A stretch of 64,000 nucleotides of DNA, from assembly GCA_036785375.1 (NCBI GenBank), contig JAWMAR010000079.1, forward strand, positions 3,224,001 through 3,288,000, in the 5' to 3' direction. Positions within the stretch are counted from its first letter, which is position 1. Each line of letters begins with the position of its first letter. Below are positions 24,683 through 36,600 of the stretch, piece by piece. The position numbers were made by a program, and so were the translations under genes. The notes below the pieces were generated by a model that searched no databases, was not told the DNA's origin, and saw only the letters and a list, made by a program, of their open reading frames with translations. The stretch comes from Leucoraja ocellata (Eukaryota).

Positions 24683-27600
24683 TACACACATACATACCAG
24701 ATGAGATGAACTTTGCAAATATAAAAATACAACTGTCTTTTCTGAAGTGGAACGTTCCTGGGATTGTCAAACCCCTTCAACTACAAATTCAGGTTTTGCT
24801 GATTCATTTCACAATCCAACATTCAGATTCAGATTCAGATTCAATTTTAATTGTCATTGTCAGTGTACAGTACAGAGACAACGAAATGCATTTAGCATCT
24901 CCCTGGAAGAGCGACATAGCAAACGATTTGAATAAATAATAATAAGTGTCCGGGGGGGGGGGGGGGGTGGTGATTGGCAGTCACCGAGGTACGTTGTTGT
25001 ACAACATGTGAGCCATTGAGTGGGAACAATTGAGTTAAACCTAAAATCACCGAATGCTGTATTTATATCATTCAAAACCCATAAAATGCCCAGGTTAAAA
25101 AAAAAAAAAACCACACTGACTGTAAACTTGACCTTTTTTTATCTATTTAAGCTTCGGATAATGGCCAGCGATTTCAGGAGACTTGTTTTGCGTTCGCACT
25201 GACGCCGCAACAAGTTCAACAGATTAGTAATTCAATGTAAGTAATCATTATTCTTCTTACATAGTTTTGATTGTTGGAATGGAAAAAACTCGAGTGACTG
25301 AAGTAAATATTGCGATTTAAATATAAAGGTTATAGACCAAACATTCAAAATATCAGTTTTAATATATTGACTGCTAGAATGGGTGGGGGGTGGGGGAAGA
25401 AATATATTTACGTTCAAGTTGAATATAATTTTGCCTAAGAATACATTTAAGTGGCAAGTTATTTTAGACTGTTTTAATTCAACTATTTAAGTTTTAAATT
25501 GTCAGTTTATGAATGATTTGCAATGTTAAATTAGTCACAGAGACGACAAAAGTTTGTATGCACTTAGTTAAGTTAGGATCCTCTCATTGTAGGAATAGGA
25601 GGACCCAGTTAGCTCCTCCTGCCTGTTGCTCTAGTCAATTTCTATCTGATATTTAAAATGCCCCATCTACCTAACATCAACTGTTGCTTGCAAGAGTTCC
25701 CAAATTTCTACCATCCTCTGCACATAATGGTTTCCCAACTCCTGAGAGGCTTGGCTGCAGTTTTTAGATGCATTGTAGACTGAGAATAGTTGCAGCAAGA
25801 ATAGTTTCTTTTCATTTGCCCTTCATTAGTCTCTTGTAGCTTGAAAGCTCAATTAACTCGTCTTAAACTTTCTAAATTTTAGGTTACACAACCATAGTTT
25901 GTGTGATCACTTCTCTTGATTTAAACCCTGGAAACGTTATCATTTTGGAAACATTATACTACATCCATTCCCATGCTCAGAATTATTTTTCTCTTCAACT
26001 GTAGTCTAACAAAAGCTTTGTATGGATGTGGCATATAATTTCTTGGAGCCCACTAGCTTTCAATTACAAAGGCTCGATTTCCATTAAAAAGTTGTTTTCA
26101 ATTTCTACACCCATTTGACATTTTAATGATCCATGTGCATTGAACCCAAAGCCTCCTTGAAACCACATTGCTTCCAGATTGTCACAATGTATTACACTTT
26201 CGAAGTCCAAAAATTATGACCACTCTAATAAAAAAAATTGAAATGCATTCACTGCCATTTTGGTCATTCACAAACTAATATCTCAGAATTTAATATTTCA
26301 ATCCATGTTGCTTTAAACCACCCCTATTGTGATATCATTGGCAAACTTTGAAACTTGTATTCATCATATCACTGTTATATCATTCTCCTCCTTGTGTTCT
26401 CATTATTATCAATCCCCCTCTCACTTTTAATTGCTGGCTTTGGTTTTTATGTGTGTCATTTCTGTGTGTAATAACTTTGCTTTAATTTGAATATCAACTC
26501 ATCCACCCTTATCTTACAAGAAAAAAACATTCATTACTTCATTTTTAATTCTCCAGCTTGTCAGTATCTTGGTCTGCAGGTTATTTAGCCACAGTTTACC
26601 CATTTGCAATTTCAGTCTCTTTGTCCAAATATTTTTTTGGGTGAATTATTGCTGGAATTCAGCCAAGGACTACATATAAACATCTACCATGGAGTCCTGA
26701 GCCATTGTAGCAAATGGGGCTTGACTGACCCTCAGTACATAACAGTAGTGGCACTTTGTCTGCTTTTGATTTCTAAGTGAAAGCCAAAACAATCTTTTAT
26801 GTTGCAAAAATACTGATGTTTTTGATTTAATGGATCTGATCTCACTTCTGGAGTCAAACAATAGTCAAGTGATATATAGCCTTGGATTCAGTTACTAGCT
26901 TTGAGTCCTAAATGTTTGCGTTTCTCCCATAACACACTCGGACGGCTAGCTATGTTAAGTTATGTGCACTAACCAAGAAGTTACGACATACTTGTATCAC
27001 ACTCCAACCATCTCTGCTAATTATAGTTTCTGTAATGCAAGAAAAGTTGAGAAGTTTTCCAACACAGAATTAAAAGTGAGTGCAGTTTTTTAATTTGTTG
27101 AAAACTATTTGATTTAATCCCAATTTTGAAACATAGATGAATACAGATTATGGTGGGATAGTGGTTAAATTACTAGACTAGCGTCTAAAGGTCTGGACTA
27201 TTCATCCAGGGTCAGGAGTTCAAATTCTCCGCGGCACATGTGGATTTTAAATTTGAGTAATTAAATCTGGAATTTAAAACAAACTATAATCAAGAAAGTA
27301 GAAGATTTGTTTTTTTTATTCTTCTGATTAAAGTCCTTCAAAGAAAGAAATTGGCCATCCTTGCCACCCATGTGTGGCCTCCACGTGACTGCAGTGTCAC
27401 CAATGCTGTTGACTCAAATGTCAGGAGTAACAGTGATGAATAATAAATACTAGCATTGCCAGCATCAGCCACATTCTGTGAACAAATAGACCTGTGATTG
27501 TCATCCGTTTAATTACTCAGTTTAAAAATAGTTTGGCTTACAAAGTCTGGGCTTTTTTGGAACTAAGTTTTGTAAATTGTTACTATCAATTTAAGTTATA

Positions 27601-30600
27601 ATGTAAATTTGTAAGTGAAATATGTTTCATTCTTATTCAGGGACATATCGGGGACCAAGTGTGACTTCACAGTTCAGGTTCAGTTAAGGTAATGCATATT
27701 ATTAGTTTAACTACATTTTGCTTGCTATTCTGTTTGCTCTCTCTCCTTCCCTGTTTTGGCTTTCCCTCTTTTTTTTATGTGACTTGCGTAAAATGTTTAA
27801 GCAATTTGTTAAATGAAATTGGAGGAAAAATACAGCCATGTTAGAAAAATACTTTTTGATTGTTTTCTGTAAGCTGTTTATTTAAAATACTCAACGCAAC
27901 AGTTTTTGTTCAAAGCAGATCATTAGTACACGGGCTTGGTGGCATTGTAAAATTACTGGATGGAGTAAATAGTAGACCTTGAATGAACCAAGAGTTCAAA
28001 CCCAGGTCTGCAACTGGGGAAGTTATATTCATTTAGTTAAATCTGTATACAACCTGGTTGGTACAAGAGTTTGCAGATGCTGGAATCTTGAGCCCAAAAC
28101 AAACAATAAACTGCTGGAGGAGTAGGAATCACAGACGGGTAGTAGTAAAAGAGTCACAGAACTCCCATTGGAGTGACGAGATCTTTTTCAGTGGGCAGAC
28201 TGAGGAGATTTGAAAACGCTGAGGGGGAGTGCCGTGACAGGGTCTGACAAAACGTCTGTTGGAGAGAAGGAGAACTTCTTCCAAGAGGGCATACTTTAAA
28301 GAAATTAGCAGTGTGTTTTTTGCCCTTGGTTTCTGTCGTAGTGGCATGGAATTACTGGATTATTGTAACAATCCATCTGGTTCCTTGATCACTTCAGGAA
28401 GGAAATCTACAATCTTTACCTGGCTTGCTTATGCCAACTGAAATTGGAGAATATATTAATGGTGTCATTGTACAAGTTTGTACTTAAATATTATTTAATC
28501 TTACCTAACATTATCCATGTGGAGAATGCGTTGGTTCAGAATGCATTAATAATGCAAACTGTATCCATTGTTGGTTAAAGAATGGATTTTCAAAATTATG
28601 GATCACTGGAGATAATTTGATATTTATAACTTTGTTTTAATTTTCAAGGTTTTGTTTATCAGAAACCAGTTGTCCACAGGAAGATCATTTCCCCCCAAAT
28701 CTATGTGCGAAAGTTAATGGAAAAACTTGTAATCTTCCAGTAAGTATTGGTGCTGTTGGTCTAATGGAGCTTTTCTTGGTTTGCTGTTTTGGGAAAACTT
28801 AGCAATTTTGTTTTCGCCCTAGGGCTATCTACCACCAACCAAAAATGGTGTTGAACCAAAGCGACCCAGCAGACCAATCAACATTACCTCACTAGTCAGA
28901 TTGTCCACAACGGTGCCGAACACGATTGTGGTTTCGTGGTCAGCGGAAATCGGCAGAGTAAGCTTTGCATAATACATCTTTACAAAGCAGTTAATTAAAG
29001 CGGTATAATGCATATGGCCCAAAAGCTGGGTTTGATATCAGTCAAAGGCAAGTTTCAGAAGCTTTGTTCAACTATAATTAAACTGGCCCGAGTGCATTTC
29101 AGGCATGGTCTTTGGCATCAAATGCTAATCCCACTTAAAACTTTCATCAGTATCATTCTACAATTTAACAAATCAATTAAGTGAAAAAGCTTCATGCCAT
29201 GTATGTGTTAAAGTATACCATGATTGTATTAAAATCATCTAGTAATGCTATTTATATGGCTTGACTTCTCAGAGTTGTGACTGAAGATTGCTTTAATCTG
29301 AAAAACAGTGAAGTACTAATGGCTCCTCGGTTGTCTCGCTTTCTGGGAGTTCAATGAACTCTCAAATTGCCCCAGAAAGCGAGTTTTCTTTTTATCTTCC
29401 TTTCAGTAATGAGAGACACTCTAAAACATTCCAGCTAAATTTCCTGCACCAAATATCCTTACAGATATATTAAAAAAAACTGAAGTAACTGAAGGAATGA
29501 AGTGCCTGAAAATGCAAGTGATAAAAAAAATCATTGTTATTTCACGCTGCTGTATTTTGTAGGGGTTGTAGAAAGCTGATTGACCTGATGGACTGGGCTT
29601 CAGCCACAACTCTAATTTCTCGTGGTCATGGGCTGAGCAGTTGCCATACCATGCTGTGATGCATCCAGATAAGTGCTTTCCATGGTGCATCTGTAGAAAT
29701 TGTTAAGAATCATTGGACTCTTACTGAACAAGTGATTAGCCAAGTGAGGAGGTAGAGATGTTGGTGTGCCATCTTGGCTGGAGCATCAGTGTGGTTGGAG
29801 CAGGACAAATTGTTGCACCTGGGAACTATAAGTGCTCAACCATATCTACTTTGACACCGTTGATACATAAAGGCATGTGCTTTACCATGCTCCTTCATTT
29901 TGCAGACACTGAGTGAGAGATTATTGTCTGGACACGATGCAACTAAGCTCCCTATCTCTTCCTATACTCTATTTCATTGTTTGTGTTGCGGTCCGCTACT
30001 TGTAAATGGAGTTATATAGAGCTTGGCGGAATAGTAAGTCCACAGAGTGTATGATAAGGGGCTGAGTATGCAGTCTTGCTTGATACAGGTGTTGAGAATT
30101 ATCGTGAAGGATGTTCTGCCACCTTTATGATTGCAGACTGGGGGTCAAGAAGAATGAGTTCTCGGTCCCAGGAATTTGGAGATAAGTGGTTAGAATTATG
30201 GTGTTATAAGGCAGAGTCAATGATTAGTAGTCTGGTGTAGGTGACCTTGTTATCCAGGTATTCCAGGGATGAATGTAGGGACAGGGGAATGGAGCCTGCC
30301 ATGGACCGATTGTAGCAATAGGCAAATTACTGTGGATCAAGGGCTGGAGCTGATGTGTGCCATGGTCAGCCTCTGAAAGCACTTCATTGTTAGATATCAC
30401 AGCTACTGGACAGTCATCATTAAGGCACATTATCTTGTTTTTCTTTGGCACCAGGATTATGGTGATCCTATTAGAGTAGGTGGGATCCTCAGAACAGCAT
30501 AGAGGGGCGGTTAAAGATGTCCATGAATGCTCTCGCCAGCAGGTCTGTGCAGCTTTTGAGGACATGGCATTGGACTTCAACAAGGTAACGTGCAGGTTCA

Positions 30601-33600
30601 CTCTCAGGATGGCTGATCTGACATCTGCAACGGTTACCGTGTGTACTGTTGCATGCGAGGCTGTTGGGGCAGGTGATGTCATTTCCATGATCCTCTGTCC
30701 AAAACGAGTATAGAATGCGTTGAGTTCTCAGTCCCTGGAATTTGGAGATAAGTGGTTAGAATTATGGTGTTATAAGGCAGAGCTATAGTCAATAAATAGT
30801 AGTCTGATGTGGCTGTGATGCCTTGTTGCCAGCAATTCTGCCTGACTTTGCTTTGAATTCCGTTATGTCAGCCTTGCTGTAATAAACAGATGGCTGCGTG
30901 GTTAGTCGGGGACTTGCATGATCTGGTATTGTCTCTTGGCGACCCTGATGGCTTTGCAAAAGTAGTTTCTAGATTTCCTGTACCGGCCGGGGTCACCCGA
31001 CTTGAATGTGCATCAAGTGAATCACATGGCTCTTCCATAGTTTCCAGTTGGGGTGCACTTAAATTGACTTTGACACAAAGTCCTCTATACACTTACGGAT
31101 AAAGTCTGTGATGGAAGTGGAATATTCATTTAGATTAGCCACTGAGTCCTTCAATGTGGACCAGTCCACCAACTCAAAGCAGTCACATAGGAGCTCACAG
31201 GAGCCGGTCTGAAGAAGGGTCTCGATCCGAAACATCACCCAAGATGTGGACTCGTACATCGGCGAGACCAAACGCAGACTGGGCAATCGTTTCGCGGAAC
31301 ACCTTCGCTCAGCCCGTGTGAACAAACCTGATCTCCCGGTTGCTGGACACTTTAATTCTCCTTCCCATTCCTACACAGACCTTTCTGTCCTCGGTCTCCT
31401 CCATTGTCAAAGTGAGGCTAAATGCAAATCGGATGAACAGCATCTCATATTTTGCTTGGGCCGCTTACAGCCCAGTGGTATGAATATTGCTTTCTCTCAC
31501 TTCAAGTAGCCTCGGCATTCCCTCTCTCTCCTCCCTCTCCCACGTTGCACTAGCTTCTCATTTTCACCCTACAAACAGCTTACAATGAATGGCCTGTTTC
31601 CTTTATCATCGTTACTTTTTTGCAAATCTTTCATTCATTGTTCTTTATCTCTCCACATCACCGTCTATATCTCCCATTCCTCTTATCCCTAACCAGTCTG
31701 AAGAAGGGTCTCGACCCGAAATGTCACCCCTTCCTTCTCTCTAGAGATGCTGCCTGTCCCGCTGAGTAACACTAGCATTTTGTGTCTTATCTATTAGTAG
31801 CAATGTGCCGTTCATCCTGTGCAAGCTTCACATCCACATGGGCTGGGATATAAACTGTTGGGTAATAGTGTTACAAAATCAACTGAGCTTTTTTGATGCA
31901 GGCAGCTTGCAAGTTGTTAATTACCTTTCAGGGACTCCCAAGATCTATTTACAGTTAATGTTTGTCATATGTATTTCTTTTTCTTAAACATTTTCTGTTG
32001 CGAGTTAGCCCAGAATACTTAAGGGAATTGTAGGTAAGTGTGGTTTTATGGTGTGAATCCACCTCTTGGGATGAAGCGTCTTTTGGAAATTTGTGGTTAT
32101 TTTTGTGAGACCTTTGAGTGTGCTAAATGTCCTTTTTTTGGAACCACCTTTCCACTTTGAAATGTGTAATGTTTGTGGCACTTCCATTACAATCCAGCAC
32201 AACGATGGAAGATCAAGGATAATTTCATTAACTGTAGGCAGCGGAAAGTCATACCTGGATTGCTTTGACTTAATCTTGTAATTGTTTCTCTTAGAAAACA
32301 AGTCCAAACGGGACAGCATACTTTGTAACTAACTGCACCATCTGTCAGAATTCTCAGATCGAAACTTTGTTGACAGATGTTGTAGCAGTTTTTGGCAAGT
32401 TCTGTCTCTTCAAATGCATAATAGGGTAGAGCTTTAATAGTAAATTGTAATTGTATCACGTAGGGCAATTTCAGTGGAAATCAAAGGTTATGTTTAACCA
32501 TCCCCACAATGGTCTTTAGCTTGATCTCCTACCGCAGATATTAATTCAGATGGGTTAGAATGCAGTGGTCTTTAATATTTTTAGCGAGATGAAATGGTCG
32601 GAGAGAAATCTAAAATTTGGTTTGAGAGTAAGGCAAAGTAGTTCAGAGATTATACATCCCTCACTTTAATAATAATATATTCCAACAAACACACTGCTTC
32701 CAGGTCTATTTATATACTTTGATATGAAAGATACAGTTGATGGGCCGAATGGCCTAATTCTACTCTTATTCCTTATGACCGTGTGACCTTATATGTCAAA
32801 AGCAAATCAATGCCTGATAACTGAGAGTACAAGTTTTTCTAATTTATTATACGTCAATTACTTGATGTTGTGTTGCTTTTAATTTGAGATCTTTGGGAAA
32901 CTGATATTCCTTTCCTCTGTAGAGACAAAAAAATGCTGGAGAAACTCAGTGGTAGGGCAGCATCCATGGGGAGAAGGAATAGGCGATGTTTCGGTCTGAA
33001 GTAGAAGAAGGGTCTCGACCCGAAACGTCGCTTATTCCTTCTCTCCATGGATGCTGCCTCATCCGCTGAGTTTCTCCAGCATTTTTTGTCTACCTCTGAT
33101 TTTTCCTTTCCTTTATAAATTATGATTAAGCATTTTACTACGTGAACTAATACTCCTATGTTTTTAAGATGAATAAGTTCACATTTGAAGTAAATAACAC
33201 GTACAGATTTAACAACTACGATATAGTCGCACAACATGAAAACTGCAGACCGTGCATGGATTAAACTTTCAAGGGTAGTCGCGATATCGCATTCTGTTTG
33301 GCCTGGAGCAATGAATGTGGTGTGCTACAAATGTAGACTCAAGTAGTTGACCTGCTAATATTTATGTTTCAAATGGCAGTTCAAGCAGCTAATGTACTTT
33401 TAACAGGCAATAAGTTGAGACAATGAATCCTAGGCATATGTCGTTATTTGTTGGGGTGCCCACACAAGCCTTTCAAACCACTTTTCCAAATTGAGTGGTC
33501 TTAACTAAACAATTATTGAATTGCAGTGGGATGCTAGTTTGAAATGGTCTTGGCTTTTGGGTTTAATATCTTGGTATAGGAGCCTATACGATCAATTGGG

Positions 33601-36600
33601 CCCTTGTTTTATCAATACACATTTTTTTCCATAATACATGAATGAGAATGAGATATATCAGCTTCTTTCAAGAAGTGGACAACTCTGGAGTTTATTGCCT
33701 AGTTGTAATTAACCATTAAAAAAAATTAGAATGCTGGTAGGTGATCTCAATGTTGATTATTATAGTCAAGTCCAATCCGTTTCCCTTCTGTCTGACGAGA
33801 GTGCGATAACAGCTTGAAGTCGAGATCAACTCTGTTATTTCCATCTTCCCCCATCAGGCATAATAAATGTACTTTATAGTCTGACAGCTAATATAAAATC
33901 AGAGACTAAAATAAAGTTCAGCTAAGTATTGTGACATGATGACATTTTAAATGACCAAAAATCTTCAATGTATTTACCCCCCCACAAGAATGTTTTCATA
34001 TTTTAGACAGGTATTCTGAAATGTTAATGTATACTTTATACATTAAGTGCAAATTCCAAATTTAAATTAGTACAAATATATTCTGATGCAAGCTTTGAAA
34101 TCAATCAAATATTTATATAGCTAGATTGTGGTTGATAAACATGCATATTTTCTTCCACCAGAGCTACTCCATGGCAGTTTACCTTGTAAAACAGTTGACT
34201 TCTGCTGTGTTGCTTCAACGACTACGAGCAAAAGGAATAAGGAACCCAGACCATTCCAGAGCATTAAGTAAGCACAAAGATTGACAAGTAAAATATTTGC
34301 ATGAGTAACCTGGCAGTGTCTTTGTGTGATTTAAAAACTCATCCTATCTGGTTAGTACTTTTGCTATTGGTAGCAGAATTTAATGTGAGTATAGCTAAAA
34401 ACTTACCATTAGTTAATTATATGCTGAAAGCACCTGCTGGTTCCATGTACATGGGACCTATGTGTCTTAGCATTTTATCTCTCACTTCCCCAGTGAGTGT
34501 ATTCTTTCCTTACCCATCCTGAAAGTATGATGGGGGATATCTTTATAGGTTACAGCAGCAAACAATTGTCATTGATTTTCCTCTCTGACTTGAACAATGA
34601 GTACAAGCATGCCGTTTGACAGCAAAGGGGTGGATGGCGCTGCTGAAACCGATTCTATACATGACTATGGTAGTCATGTATACCTTCTACCACGGTTCAT
34701 TGTTCATGCATTTGAAAGCCCTAATTAGTTTTCTCTTCCTTAAATGATATCTCTGAGAAGGGCAACAAATTCTTTGCAAACAGTACAGCTAAGCTTTCAT
34801 GATGACAGCTCATTAGAGATGTAATTACTCATTAGCGATCTAAGCCTTGGGCCGCTGTGAGCTATGTGATGCTCAGTCACACAATTTGAACCATTTTATA
34901 AGGTATCACCAAAGATGATTTCTGGACAGCAACCCATTGAATGATCCCATGTTGCTTGGCTTGTAGAATGATACTTCAAATGGTAGAGTTCTCCATCTTT
35001 AAATGTGTATACACATACTCCCCAGATTACAGTAGGGTTCTGTTTCTGAGAACTATTTGTAACATGAACTGTTCACAAGTTGGAAATGAGGCCACGAACT
35101 TAGTTCCCATATGACAGAAGATGCCTGCAGCCTCGAAGCAGCTGACAAATCCATGGCATATAGGTCAGACGATTGTAAACCTGGGATGACCTGTATGGAA
35201 GACATTGAATTATAAGCATGCGGTACAATGCTTTTTGAATAGCTTTAAAATGTTAACCTTTGACGTCAGTTTTCTTCTCTTTGAGCTTCCCAATTGATTC
35301 TACATTTGCCAGTTTTTGAGAGTTTTGCCAAATTTTTCACGTAATTACCACAGCTGAGCTCGATTCTGCCCTTTTCCAATATTTTGAAATGCATTTTGAT
35401 TAATAATCGAAAGCTGATTGATTTTTCTCCTGTTATGTGAAAGAGTCACGTTGAGATTAATTGCCCAATGCAGCATCTGGGGCCTTTTTTGATCTGAATT
35501 TTACCTTCACTGAGCTATCTGACAGATTGTGTAAACTCTTGGTTGAAATCTTTCAGGAGTTAAATCTTGAAATTGGTATTACTTTTTTTAGAAGCATGCT
35601 AATTTTTGTTTTTGTAGAAGCATTTTCTAAATGCAGGCTGCTATTTAATTTTTTTGAAGTGTGTTTGTTAGAATATGCCAAAATTGTATTTGTTCTTCGG
35701 CATTTAATTGGTGTGCTGACTTCTACAGTTGATGTTCTATTTAAAATGTAGCTGCAGCAATTTTGGCCAAGCGCCTATGTAGCCACTAATTGACTGATCA
35801 GGCTAAGTGATTTCTGTTTACAATGCAATTCAGCTTTTGAAGAGCTCAAAGCATTGCGAGATTAACATTGAAAATGAGCAACAACAAAAAAAAACACCAT
35901 TGCAAGTTTTGCTTTGGGGGTGGGAGGGCCCTAAGCATTTGTTTATAACTAAATTAAAAATGACTGGTTCTCAAAATAAAAATGAAGACTAGTACATTAA
36001 CCAGTGGAAACTCATAATTAACAAAACTGCAGTTTTTAAAGTTTTTGATCTCAACATTCTAGGCTCATCACAAAGCAGATTCCACTCTAATGTCAGTTTT
36101 TAATTTCAAAAGAAAAGTTAGGAGCCTTGTTATTCAACAGCTGACTTATCATGTCACTCTCGAAATGTTTCAAGTTCTTTAAAAACTTAGCTTGTTACTT
36201 TTGATGTGTAGTCGTGATTGTAATTTGGTAAATGCGGCGTCTAATTAGCTCATGGCAAGCATCACATCCAGCAATGTGATATTGGCCAGGTTATTTGAGG
36301 GAGAAATATTGGCAAGAACACAGATCAGAGGATAGTCAAGTTATGCAGGGTTGCCAGTAAATGTAACCAATTTGTTTCCAAACACCTTATTCTGTGAATT
36401 GGTGAATTCACAACTTCAATTACAAACATTAGTTTCTGCATTGAATGAACTTGTCTAGTGGCACTGAACTTGATAACCTGGCAAGCCATCCCTCTTTACT
36501 TTCTACACGATTATGTGACCAACTTCTTTCAAAACGTGTTTTGCAATTTCAATACAAATATTGGAAGTAGCTTTCCAATCGAGCTCATTGCCACAAAGAA

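Larger units (their letters stand above)
31205..31790 (+). mobile_element. Penelope-like fragment: hammerhead motif - GIY-YIG C-terminal half - 3' UTR - hammerhead motif/terminal repeat
   Basis: ORF 31246-31509 [39 protein letters not shown]...; hammerhead motifs at 31209-31236 and 31698-31725. Confidence 0.88.
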
